25,432 nt of DNA from Chlamydiales bacterium. GTDB taxonomy: Bacteria > Chlamydiota > Chlamydiia > Chlamydiales > JBDQID01. Shown piece after piece: positions 15,419 through 25,212 of the stretch. Numbering within the stretch: position 1 is the stretch's first letter; each line of letters begins with the position of its first letter. A program made the position numbers and the translations under genes. The notes under the pieces are model-generated. The model saw nothing but the letters and a program-made list of their open reading frames with translations. It was not told the DNA's origin and ran no database searches. The stretch is from contig JBLFWS010000032.1 of assembly GCA_047611865.1 (NCBI GenBank), positions 1 to 25,432 of the forward strand. The letters run 5' to 3'.

Positions 15419-15640
15419 TTTATCAGGTGGAAAAAAAAGATCCAAATACGGATTCTTGAACTTGTTTGTGAATAGGTGAGTAGTGTTTTGTAGGTTTGAA
15501 TGATTTAGGGTCTTAGATCCCGATGGTCATTCTTCAATCATGAGGAGTATACTTGTTATTAAGGCTATTATAACTAGACAAATACTGTGAAATTGTTTAA
15601 AAAGTATTGTCAATAATAACAAGTTAACGAGTACAAAACA

Positions 15641-17305
15641 ATGATCACAACACCTGATAGTAGTCAGAAAAATAGAAAAAATTCTGATATCAATACAGAG
15701 TCCGCTGTTCCCGAGTATCACTCACATGAAGAGTTTCAAAATCGAAGCCGGAAATTAAAAGAGATTCGCGAGCTTGGAGTAGAACCCTACCCAGCTAAGT
15801 TTTCCCCACAGCATAAGGCATCCTTTCTAAAAGAAAAACATGATGAAACAGAGATCGGCCATAGCGAAGACGCAGCTGCGGGTACTACAGACTTCGTCTG
15901 TCTGGCAGGACGCCTTGTTCTCTTTAGAGCAATGGGGAAAAATGCTTTCGGGCAGATACAGGACGATACTGGCAGAATTCAGGTGATGTTCAACAGGGAC
16001 ATAACGAAAGTTGAGGGATATGACCAAGAGAATACGCCACTTACGCAGCCCCCGTCACACATTAAATTTATTGAGAAAAAAATTGATATCGGAGATATCA
16101 TAGGAGTCGAGGGGCACCTTTTCCATACCAACAAAGGTGAACTTACAATATTTGTAAAAAAACTCACTATACTTTGTAAAACTCTTCTCCCTCTTCCTGA
16201 TAAGCACGCGGGCCTTGCCGATAAAGAAGTACGTTACCGTAAGCGGTGGCTGGATCTGATCGGAAACCCGGAAGTAAAGGAAACCTTTGTAGCCCGCAGT
16301 CGTATAATGAAATTTGTCAGGCGCTATTGCGAAGATCAGTCCTTTATGGAAGTTGAAACCCCGGTACTCCAAAATATTTACGGTGGAGCAGCTGCCAGGC
16401 CATTTACAACAGAGTTTCATGCTCTTGATCAGCAAGAAGTTTTCCTTAGGATATCTCTGGAAATTAAGCTGAAGAAATTGTTGGTGGGCGGCCTATCTCG
16501 GGTATTCGAAATTGGAAAAGTTTTCCGAAATGAGGGTATCGACAGAAATCATAACCCCGAATTTTCCCTTTTGGAAGCCTATGCTGCCTACTGGGATTAT
16601 AATGATATGATGGTCTTTGTGGAAAATCTTTTTGAAAAACTGGCTCTCGAATTATTCGGTACGACTGAAGTTCCTTATGGAAAGGAAGGAGCTGAGGGTT
16701 ACAGAACGATTAACATGAAAGCCCCATGGCCTCGCTTGACGATGAAAGATAGTATCCGCAAGTTTACTGGAATTGACGTGGATATACTTAGTGATGACGA
16801 AATTCGAGAAAAGCTTAAAGAAACAGGTCGGATTGATGAGAAAAAGATAGCGTCTGCTCCGAGAGGCATCTTGATGTTTAATCTCTTCGAAGAAAGAGTT
16901 GAGCACTTCCTCCAGGATCCTCATCATATTACCGATCACCCTATTGAGACCACACCTCTCTGTAAAGGCCATCGTGATCCAATAGAGAGAGAAAATGGAA
17001 TAGTAGAACGGTTTGAGAGCTTTATCATGGGGCAGGAGATCTGTAATGCCTACTCCGAATTAAATGATCCTGAAGTTCAAAGAGAGCTTCTCGTCAAGCA
17101 ATCCGATCAAAAGGATGCAGGTGATGTAGAAGCGAATCCTCTGGATGAAGAGTTTATTGAAGCTATCTGCCAAGGTATGCCCCCAGCCGGAGGTATAGGT
17201 ATTGGTATGGATCGTCTCATTATGCTTTTTACCAATTCATCATCTATTCGTGATGTCTTGTATTTTCCCTTCATGAAAAATCAAGATTCTCCCCAAAATA
17301 CCTAG
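15641..17305 (+). CDS. lysS: Lysine--tRNA ligase (class II)
   Basis: OB-fold N-terminus, EVETP, GGAAARPF, FRNEGID..HNPEF, ERFE, NAYSELNDP, GMPPAGGIGIGMDRL. Confidence 0.98.
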   Translation: MITTPDSSQKNRKNSDINTESAVPEYHSHEEFQNRSRKLKEIRELGVEPYPAKFSPQHKASFLKEKHDETEIGHSEDAAAGTTDFVCLAGRLVLFRAMGKNAFGQIQDDTGRIQVMFNRDITKVEGYDQENTPLTQPPSHIKFIEKKIDIGDIIGVEGHLFHTNKGELTIFVKKLTILCKTLLPLPDKHAGLADKEVRYRKRWLDLIGNPEVKETFVARSRIMKFVRRYCEDQSFMEVETPVLQNIYGGAAARPFTTEFHALDQQEVFLRISLEIKLKKLLVGGLSRVFEIGKVFRNEGIDRNHNPEFSLLEAYAAYWDYNDMMVFVENLFEKLALELFGTTEVPYGKEGAEGYRTINMKAPWPRLTMKDSIRKFTGIDVDILSDDEIREKLKETGRIDEKKIASAPRGILMFNLFEERVEHFLQDPHHITDHPIETTPLCKGHRDPIERENGIVERFESFIMGQEICNAYSELNDPEVQRELLVKQSDQKDAGDVEANPLDEEFIEAICQGMPPAGGIGIGMDRLIMLFTNSSSIRDVLYFPFMKNQDSPQNT

Positions 17306-17311
17306 ATTCTT

Positions 17312-17340
17312 ACTGGAGTGCAGCTCTTCTGCGCTCCAGT
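17312..17340 (+). terminator. Hairpin directly after lysS, probable terminator stem
   Basis: ACTGGAGTGCAG-ctctt-CTGCGCTCCAGT, 12-bp stem with one G:U pair; no U-tract (a MITE-like element follows immediately). Confidence 0.55.
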
Positions 17341-17344
17341 CTTA

Positions 17345-17505
17345 GGTGGTGTATTTAAATTACGAAACGCTGCTTTTGGACCCTTATTCCACATTTTGAA
17401 CCGTACCGAACTCACCTACTTGTCTAAGTATGGAGAGTTGTGAGCGATCCTCAATGTTAAAAAATGCCATCAAAATCAGACATTCCCTGATTTTAATACA
17501 CGACC
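17345..17505. mobile_element. ~160-bp degenerate MITE-like palindromic element
   Basis: GGTGGTGTATTTAAAT (17345-17360) versus ATTTTAATACACGACC (17490-17505), 14/16 inverted match; central hairpin AACTC-ACC-TACTT-gtct-AAGTA-TGG-A-GAGTT. Confidence 0.6.
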
Positions 17506-17647
17506 AAGCCTTAGGAGCTTATATCAAAACGACCTCAATAACATCTTAATACAAAGAAACAGGTTGTTAATATAAAGTTAAGTTGAATTATAATTATTAT
17601 TAATATGTAATAAATGTATGATTAATATTTTTAAAAAGGTGTTTTAG

Positions 17648-20279
17648 ATTGCCTCTACTATAAGCAGTATTAATAAGTTGCAAATACTAAGTGGAAACAA
17701 TACTAACGACTGTGCTTTTGATAGTGGATTAATGCTGAAAAGTAACAATTTTGATGTTTATGATAATAGTGAAAAACCTTCTGCTGTAGCTACATTTATT
17801 TTTAAGAGAATTACTATAGATGCTGAAGAAAATACCACGGGTTTTTTCAGTCAAGAAGATCAAGAATTTTGGCCTCCCCGAAAAATCAATGAATAGCCGA
17901 GTAGATATTGGGTGTAAACCTTTCGATTATGATAGCTTAGCTTCATTGTTAACTCCAAATGCTGAAGAATATGTAAATTGTATGCGCTTTGGAGGAGACT
18001 TCCACGAAACAAGTCACGAGCTAGTTAAAAAGATACGTAAAGATAATCCGACTTTGTTCCAAAGTCTGGACGCTTTGGCCCAAAAAGAGAGTAAAAAATG
18101 GGAGACTGTTCAGCAAAAAGGATGGAATGAGCTTAAGAAAAAATTAGACACAAAAATGCAATCACAAAAATTCGACAGTGGAAAAAATTATGAGGACTTT
18201 AGAGCAGAGCTTGTTCATGCAATTGAAGAAATATGTGTAGGCACACTAAAAACGATGGGTATTTTTGATCCTGGAGGACACCTGGCTTCTGGAACAGCAG
18301 GGTGGGATTCCGATATAGACACAGTATTTAAAGCGAATCCGGATCTTTCTGAAAAACTACAGGTCTTTGAAAAACTTCTTTTCGATATGCTGGTCTATAC
18401 AACATTCAATGACTTGCCTGGTGTGGTCTTCGACACTGAGAGCTATCTGGATCATACAGGATCAGCTTTCGAAACGATCGATAAGGTGACTTCTCCAGAG
18501 GGGAAGAAAAATTTGAGCTACATCGAAATGAACGCCTATCACTTACAAATGTTACGCCAATGTGGAGGGAATGGAAAAGCCTGGAAAGCTTTTATAGATA
18601 ACGAATTGGGGGATTTTGGACTGGCAGTCGAAGATAAAGAAATTGATTCGGAGCATCTAAAGGCTGTTGAATCGAGCCTAAATCAGGTGGAAAATTTTCA
18701 AAGAGAAATTGACAGATCTGTAGACAAGTTAGCCTAAAAATATAGAGACCGTTTTGACGATCCCAAAAAAGCAAGACGGATGGCTATGATGGAATATAAA
18801 ACGAGTAGGCTTATTGCATTGTCAGAAGAAATGGATCGCGTAAAAAGTGAAATTGAGGAAGTTGAAGCAATCTACACAAGTGCAAGGGCTGTGGGTCCTG
18901 AGGTTCAAAAATGCTTTGAGACAGCCCACCTGAAGCTTGCTTTTCTTGGACTTTTAAGAACTAGCTTTTTCGATGAGGGTTATAATACTCAAGGAGATTT
19001 TAATAAAACATGTCTTCGTAAAGGTGGCCAAATTCATAGTTTCATGGTTAACAAACGGAGAACGCGTATTGATTTCCTTAAAGTTGGAGGGCGTAGCCAA
19101 CGAAGACATTCTATTTTCGAAAAATCACCAATTTCTAAAAAACAAGAAACCAAAGCTAACCCTATGGAAGAGATTTCTTCAATGAGAGAAAACCTGGCGA
19201 TGTACCAGGGCCATCTTTTGCATAAGTTCATTAAGAATTTACCTGGGAAAAGGTATATCTTTAGAAGCGAACCTAGGATAAATGATAGCGAAGATTTAGT
19301 CGGATTAATCAATCAACTCAGAACGGGCAAGGCATATTCTAAGAAAGAAATTAACAAAGCCCTTCAAACCGCTTTTGTCGATACGTCAAAGTATATGGAG
19401 AGGTGTCTTGAATCTGCAACGGCCTTGATAAAATATATGAGAAATAATGGGCATCGTGAAGAGGCTATAGCCCTCAGTGGCAGTATGAGAATGACCCCTC
19501 CATATACTAAGGGACCCAATAATATCTACCTATTATCTAAAGGGTTGGAGGTATTGAAGCGTGCAAAAATTCTCAATAGAACTAGCTTTAGAGATGAATT
19601 GGAAAAACTAGGGCTTAAGATTCTAAATGATATTGGAAAGAAATAAATGGAACAAAGGGTTCCATTTCAAAAGCGAGCTTTATTTAGAACTACGGTTAAT
19701 GTGCAGACAACGGGAACTGCTTATACAGGACCGATTGATGATTTTAGAACTGACAAAATGATTGTTCAGGATTATATAAACATTGTTTATGACAACGCTT
19801 CCTATCTGCATGATAGAATGAAGGAGGAATCCAGTGTTTCACAGAAAGACCTCTATGATGCTTTTAAATACCTAATTCCACTTAAAAACAAGTCTTTGGC
19901 CGAAAAAGTAGCCGTAATAACGAAAGCTACCTCAGGCTATTACATTGGAGACAAAAAATCTGATGAAAAAGCAAAGAAACTAATAAGGAAACAACGTTCC
20001 GCGACGGTAAGTAATCTAGGTTTTAGTGAGTATAGCTCCATTATAGCCTTTAATAAAAAAATAAGTAATGTTGTAAGGGACTCCGAAAGATTGGTTTTAG
20101 AATGTGGAGTAGTCAGCACAGCAAAAGAGACAATTGGAATTAACCTTCCAGAATTATGGAAGGAAACGATGAGCTTTCCTGAATTACGAAAGGAATCTTG
20201 TGATGGTCAAACTGACTTACCTTCTTCTACAAAGAATTCATTCGAAGAGGATGTCACCTCATATCCTGAAGTTGGCTGA
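17648..20279 (+). pseudogene. Disrupted ~876-codon gene, putative secreted nucleotidyltransferase-fold effector or toxin
   Basis: Four track ORFs join into one gene: ATT at 17648 after RBS AAGGT (reads IASTISSINKLQ), one frameshift within 17820-17896, and in-frame TAA stops at 18735-18737 and 19644-19646 with the frame open on both sides. Motif SGTAGWDSDID...VFDTESY. Confidence 0.75.
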
Positions 20280-20329
20280 TGATAAACCTCTTATCAAATC
20301 AACCTAAGATCTTAAGGGTGAATATAATT

Positions 20330-20372
20330 GACAGGAAAATATGATTTCTCAAAATTCCTGTCCATCCTGAAA
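20330..20372. repeat. Short inverted repeat of the CCTGTC 9-mer family between convergent genes
   Basis: GACAGGAA (20330-20337) and TTCCTGTC (20355-20362), then CATCCTGA and an A-run; same unit as the array at 6196. Confidence 0.55.
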
Positions 20373-20432
20373 AAAAAACGCTAAGTCTTTGAATTGAAGG
20401 AGTCCCTTTGTAAGTAAATAGGGGGTAGCTTC

Positions 20433-20804
20433 TTATTTTTTTGAGAGGCTTTCTTGCGGTGCAAACTCCAGACTTAAGGCTCCTGTATTACAAGAAGCTA
20501 TGCAAGGATAGCCGTCGCAGTGGATACAGGGAGAAACTTCTGGGTAGATCAGGGGATGACGAGCCTCCAGATTCTCAATCATAATGACGTTGACAGGGCA
20601 GGCGACCATGCATGCATCACAGCCCGTACAGAGCTCTGTGAAAGTGGGGGCGGCACCAGGGGGGCGCTCTCGTTTTTTGGGGTCAGAGGGCTTCTCCTCA
20701 GCAAGACTTTCCAGTGCAGAGACAATCTTATTGTTTTCAAGAGCCTCCAGGCCCTTGCCAACACAGAGAGTGAAGGCTTTGCTGAGAAAATCCAGACGCT
20801 TCAT
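20433..20804 (-). CDS. 4Fe-4S dicluster ferredoxin, NapF/MauM-like
   Basis: RPPGA, CTGCDACMVACP, CIHCDGYPCIASC; N-terminal KRLDFL. Confidence 0.85.
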   Translation of the reverse strand: MKRLDFLSKAFTLCVGKGLEALENNKIVSALESLAEEKPSDPKKRERPPGAAPTFTELCTGCDACMVACPVNVIMIENLEARHPLIYPEVSPCIHCDGYPCIASCNTGALSLEFAPQESLSKK

Positions 20805-21052
20805 TAACTTTGCTCTAGTTGTTCAACGAGCTTCACTCCGTGTGGAGTTATGAAAACTTTGCTCTTATTCAACTTTTTGATAAAGTTTGTGGACGTAAGA
20901 ATCTGAACCGTAGTTTTGACGCCTTTCTCCGATTGGCCTAGAGATTTTGCTATTTCTGCATATTCAAAGGGTTCGTCGAGATTTTTTGCTTCCGTAGCCA
21001 ATTTGTTCAGGTGGATGAGAAAGCGCTCCTCTTTGGTGTGGCTTTTTGACAT
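20804..21052 (-). CDS. Small winged-helix-like hypothetical protein
   Basis: AEIAKSLGQSEKGVKTTVQIL...FIKK...VFITPHG resembles a wHTH; sits in frame-tight operon order between cysS and the ferredoxin (TAATG overlap). Confidence 0.7.
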   Translation of the reverse strand: MSKSHTKEERFLIHLNKLATEAKNLDEPFEYAEIAKSLGQSEKGVKTTVQILTSTNFIKKLNKSKVFITPHGVKLVEQLEQS

Positions 21053-21065
21053 TTAGGGTCTCCTT

Positions 21066-22508
21066 TTAATGAATCTTTTTTAGGTGGGCGCCAGCCGGTG
21101 TGTCTTCGATGATATAACCGCGGTCTTTTATGGAATCTCGGAGTTTATCAGCAAGGGCCCAGTTTTTATCTTCTCGTGCTTGTATACGCTGTTTTAAGGC
21201 TTCCCTCAGCTCTGCGGGAATTTCTTCTTCCTTTTCTTCAAAGGACAGAATGCCTAGTACTTTGTCGAATTCCTCGAATAATTTGAGGATGTCTTGTGCT
21301 TTCTCTCTAGATACGAGTCCCTGGTCACAGAGAGTATTTATTTCTCGGATAAGGTCGAAAATGGCCGCCAGAGCGACAGAGATATTTAAATCGTCGGCTA
21401 AGGCTACACGGAAGCCCCAGAGAGTTTTCTCTAGTAGCTTGTCAATAGTGTCATCGTCGGCTTGATTGCCTTGACTATGATGCTGTAAGCGGTAAATAAA
21501 GCTTTGCAGGCGGTCGAGTGAATGTCTAGTAGCTTCGAGACCTTCTAAAGTAAAATTTAGTTGGGTTTTGTAATGGGTTTGCAAAAGCATGTAGCGTACT
21601 TCTGTACCAGAATAGCCTTTGTCTAAGAGGTCTCGGAGGGTAAAGAAGTTTCCAAGGCTTTTCGACATCTTTTTATTATCGACAATCAGGTGTTCGGAGT
21701 GAACCCAAAGATGTGAAAAGGTTTTGTTGGAAGCAGCTTCCGATTGTGCAATTTCGTTCTCGTGGTGGGGAAAAATGTTATCTACACCACCTGCATGGAT
21801 ATCGAGGGTTTCACCCAAAATACTCATGGCCATAGTAGAGCATTCCAGGTGCCAGCCTGGCCGGCCGGGGCCAAAGGGACTTTCCCAAAAGATGTTCCCA
21901 TCGCGCTCGGTATCGAGGGCTTTCCATAGAACAAAGTCAGCAGCATTTTCTTTGTCGTACTCATCTGTGTTGATTCTATCAGAAGCTCCGCTTTGTAATT
22001 CGTCGAGTTTCAGGTGCGACAGACATCCGTAGTTAGAGAATTTTTTTATAGCAAAGTAAACACTGGCGTCACTGCCTTTGTAAGCATAACCTTTTTCTAG
22101 AAGGTCCTCAATGAATTCCACCATCTGAGTAATGTATTCCGTCGCTGCAGGGTAATGCTCTACAGGCTCGATATTTAAAGTTTTGAGGTCTGCAAAAAAG
22201 GCCTTCTTAAAGGGAGCTGTGAACTCGTCTAAAGAAACACCTTGTTCAAGGGCTCCTTTGATGGTTTTGTCGTCCACGTCTGTTAAGTTCATGGCTTGTT
22301 CAATACCCATTCCAAAGAACTTTATAGTCCTGCGTAGGAGATCCTCGAAAATGTAGGTTCTGTAGTTGCCAATATGAGCATAGTTGTACACGGTAGGGCC
22401 ACAAGTATACATACGAACACAATGGTCCTTCTGAGGCTTCAGAATTTCCTTTTCTCGTGTTTTTGTATTGAAAAGCTTTAGCTCAGGAGCGATAGCAGTG
22501 TTAGGCAT
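21066..22508 (-). CDS. cysS: Cysteine--tRNA ligase
   Basis: CGPTVY, HIGN, DFVLWK, GRPGWHLECS, HHENE, KMSKS. Confidence 0.98.
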   Translation of the reverse strand: MPNTAIAPELKLFNTKTREKEILKPQKDHCVRMYTCGPTVYNYAHIGNYRTYIFEDLLRRTIKFFGMGIEQAMNLTDVDDKTIKGALEQGVSLDEFTAPFKKAFFADLKTLNIEPVEHYPAATEYITQMVEFIEDLLEKGYAYKGSDASVYFAIKKFSNYGCLSHLKLDELQSGASDRINTDEYDKENAADFVLWKALDTERDGNIFWESPFGPGRPGWHLECSTMAMSILGETLDIHAGGVDNIFPHHENEIAQSEAASNKTFSHLWVHSEHLIVDNKKMSKSLGNFFTLRDLLDKGYSGTEVRYMLLQTHYKTQLNFTLEGLEATRHSLDRLQSFIYRLQHHSQGNQADDDTIDKLLEKTLWGFRVALADDLNISVALAAIFDLIREINTLCDQGLVSREKAQDILKLFEEFDKVLGILSFEEKEEEIPAELREALKQRIQAREDKNWALADKLRDSIKDRGYIIEDTPAGAHLKKIH

Positions 22509-25212
22509 TTACAAATTCCTTTGTCACAAGATCTTGGAGATTGCGGTAGTCAATTTTCCCCGTCCCGGTTAAGGGAATCGTGTCTAATTGCTTGATATGA
22601 GAAAGTCGATACAGGTTACTAAGTCCCTGGTTTTTTAGGGCATCGTTGGCATCACGCAAGGTGAGGAAGGAGCTTGTCAGAAGAATAAGCTGTGGCTTCT
22701 CTCCATCTGGCTCTATAGCGCAAACAACAAATGCAGGTCCCTCTTCTGGTCTTGGCCAGTCGCGAATTATTGCTTCATCGATAAGAGCATCTTCAACAGC
22801 TCCTAAGCTGATCATCTCAGCACCAATTTTAACAAAGCGCTTGAGGCGGCCGGATAGAGTAAGGTTATTGTCTTCATCCAAAAAACCGAGGTCACCTGAG
22901 TTGTACCAGGACTTACCATCGATTTCTATAAATGGAGAATCTCCGTTGTGCTTTAAATAACCGCTGAAAATATTGGGGCCGCTAGCTAAAATTAGGCCTA
23001 CTTCACCACAAGGAAGAACTTGATGGGTCTCAATATGAATAATACAAAGTTCTACACCAGGTAAAGCGGGGCCGACACCGATCTTTTCTTTTCCTCTGAT
23101 GTTCATAGTTAATGCTGGAGCGCATTCAGTAATACCATAGCCCTCAATCATCTGAATGCCTGCATCCATATCTGCTACCTTGTCGAACAATTCCTGAGGC
23201 GTTTTCTCGGACCCCACAACGATTAGTTTGAGGCTTTCGAGCTGCTTGGGGGTTGCGGTTTTAAGCACGGCTTTGAGGAAAGAGGGAGCGCTGATGTAAA
23301 AGGTGATACCCCATCTAGCAATCCCACGGGCAAGTGCAGCGCTGTTTGTAGGATCAGGAGAATAAGCGACTTTCATTCCTGCAAGTAGGGGAAAAAGTCC
23401 TGTAACACAGAAGCCCATGGCATGGAAGGGGGGTAATGTGGCAAAGATGACGTCGTCAGTGGCCACCTCAACTGTTTGGAGAACAGCTCTTATGTTACTG
23501 ATGATATTCTTGTTTGAGAGAGGGACACCCTTAGGCAAGGATTCAGTGCCACTGGTGAAAAGAACTACAGCAGGGTCGTCGCCGTTCTTTTTATCTAACT
23601 TAAAGTGTTTTAGAATTTTTTTGACACTTTGTTTGGAGCGATACAGAGCAATCAGCTTATCGAAGAGGGTAATTTCTTCACGGACACTCTCAAGGGTACA
23701 AAGTTTATCATTAATGTCCCCTAGGTCAGTATTCTCCAGCTGATCCAGGAAGCGCCAGGAAGTGATAATTCTATTAACTTCTGTTATCTCTAAAACATGC
23801 TGAAGGTGTTTACGACCTACTGTCCAGTTGAGCATAACGGGGATCTTGCCTGCCAGAAGGGTAGCAAGGATGACAAGTTGGGCGCCGGCGGAGGCTGGTA
23901 AAAGTATCCCGACATGGTCACCCTCTAACTTTTTGATCTTTTCGGCAATTAGAATAGCCCTCATTTTGAGGTCGGCGTAGGTCATCATACCGCTTACATT
24001 ATCGACACAAGCATAGCTTTTACCCATGCGCTCACAGCAGCGGAGGAAAATTTCCTGTACAGTCTCTCCTTCAGGGATTCCGGTAGGGGGGCGATTTTCA
24101 ATTTTAGCCCAAGAAGAGTAGTCTTCAGTTTCCTCTTCTTCTTCGTGGTAAATAACTCTCTGTTTGGATGCAATAGCCATAATCATAGCTGTAGTAGTCA
24201 AGTCACTGGGGTAGAGTCCCGTGATGCCGTACTGGTCTTCCAAAAAGATCAAAAGCTCTGTGGCATCCAATGAATCCAAGCCAAGATCTGTAGCCAAGTG
24301 GGTACCAGGCTTTATTTCTGAAGGGGCTTTGTTAGCTAGATTGGCTATTTCGATTAAGACTTCTTTCTTGATATTTGCAGGAATGCGATCAAGGTCTACG
24401 AAGTCTTCTTCTGGAGGAGACTCAGCGGAAGGAGGTAAAACTTCTGACCACATGCTGTAAGAAGTTAGAGAGAGGGGCTCGCCAATAGTATCTCTGGAGG
24501 TTCCTGCAGGAGGTTGATTGTAAAAGTCTTCGAGATAATGGTTAACGTTTAAGCGAGAACCCTGGTATGGGAAGTCGGTGGGGTTGGGGAAGTACTCTAT
24601 TGTGACTTTGCGACGAGGGGTAAAGAAAATCAGGTTCTTGAAGATGTGTTTAGCGCCTTGAAGCAGCATTTTCATGATAGGAGGCGTTTTCCCAGTCAAT
24701 GCGCGGGAAAAACTACTTCCCCATAGGCCATTAACGCGGACGAGGACAATATTGGTTTCGGGAGCTTCCTGAAGAATCTTGTGAACCCCGGAGGCTCCTC
24801 CAATCATCTCAACACCAGTGAGCTTTAAGCGGCCAGAAGGATAAAAAAGAAAGTTGTCGCCGGCTTTTACCTTGGCGATAATTTCGTCAATGACTTCGTC
24901 AACGCGGATCTTTTTAAGGTTATTGCTGCATAAATCCAGGTTAGGGATAGGAATGGCGTCAACAGCATCAAGAATAAACTTTATGGCAGGGTTTTGAAAA
25001 AGGTATTCAACAGCAGCTGGGCGAAGATTGAACTGAGGTACACCCCAAGCGACAAAACCTCCGTCAAGTTGTTGAGGATGGTTTGGAAGAAAAATAACTC
25101 CACCCGGCTTATTCAGCTTATCAGGGGTTAAATTCTCAAGACCTTTAAATGTCACAGAGTAGCGAAGTCTTAGAGCACTCTTGAGGAGGAATAATAAAAT
25201 TTTCTTTAACAT
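22501..25212 (-). CDS. aas: Aas-like acyltransferase / acyl carrier domain / acyl-ACP synthetase fusion
   Basis: PlsC motifs NHPQQLD and FYPSG; carrier-protein motif DLGLDSLD; adenylation motifs FTSGTESLPKG, GYGITE, SGDLG, GRLKRF, TGKID. Confidence 0.9.
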   Translation of the reverse strand: MLKKILLFLLKSALRLRYSVTFKGLENLTPDKLNKPGGVIFLPNHPQQLDGGFVAWGVPQFNLRPAAVEYLFQNPAIKFILDAVDAIPIPNLDLCSNNLKKIRVDEVIDEIIAKVKAGDNFLFYPSGRLKLTGVEMIGGASGVHKILQEAPETNIVLVRVNGLWGSSFSRALTGKTPPIMKMLLQGAKHIFKNLIFFTPRRKVTIEYFPNPTDFPYQGSRLNVNHYLEDFYNQPPAGTSRDTIGEPLSLTSYSMWSEVLPPSAESPPEEDFVDLDRIPANIKKEVLIEIANLANKAPSEIKPGTHLATDLGLDSLDATELLIFLEDQYGITGLYPSDLTTTAMIMAIASKQRVIYHEEEEETEDYSSWAKIENRPPTGIPEGETVQEIFLRCCERMGKSYACVDNVSGMMTYADLKMRAILIAEKIKKLEGDHVGILLPASAGAQLVILATLLAGKIPVMLNWTVGRKHLQHVLEITEVNRIITSWRFLDQLENTDLGDINDKLCTLESVREEITLFDKLIALYRSKQSVKKILKHFKLDKKNGDDPAVVLFTSGTESLPKGVPLSNKNIISNIRAVLQTVEVATDDVIFATLPPFHAMGFCVTGLFPLLAGMKVAYSPDPTNSAALARGIARWGITFYISAPSFLKAVLKTATPKQLESLKLIVVGSEKTPQELFDKVADMDAGIQMIEGYGITECAPALTMNIRGKEKIGVGPALPGVELCIIHIETHQVLPCGEVGLILASGPNIFSGYLKHNGDSPFIEIDGKSWYNSGDLGFLDEDNNLTLSGRLKRFVKIGAEMISLGAVEDALIDEAIIRDWPRPEEGPAFVVCAIEPDGEKPQLILLTSSFLTLRDANDALKNQGLSNLYRLSHIKQLDTIPLTGTGKIDYRNLQDLVTKEFVNA

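Noticed and set aside
15430..15640. Possible T-box or riboswitch leader for lysS; imperfect GACAAATACT/AGTATTGTC inverted repeat
   Set aside because: No T-box consensus or terminator/antiterminator seen, and the repeat is short and AT-rich.
18735..19646. TAA reassignment or read-through explaining the in-frame stops
   Set aside because: TAA terminates conserved genes in this window (cysS, aas), and the same gene also has a frameshift and a damaged start.
502..24460. Numerous 60-126 aa antisense or alternate-frame ORFs inside long genes (e.g. 502..687, 7390..7656, 14490..14834, 16055..16435, 21130..21465, 23417..23743)
   Set aside because: Shadow ORFs overlapping well-supported CDSs, with no recognisable motifs.
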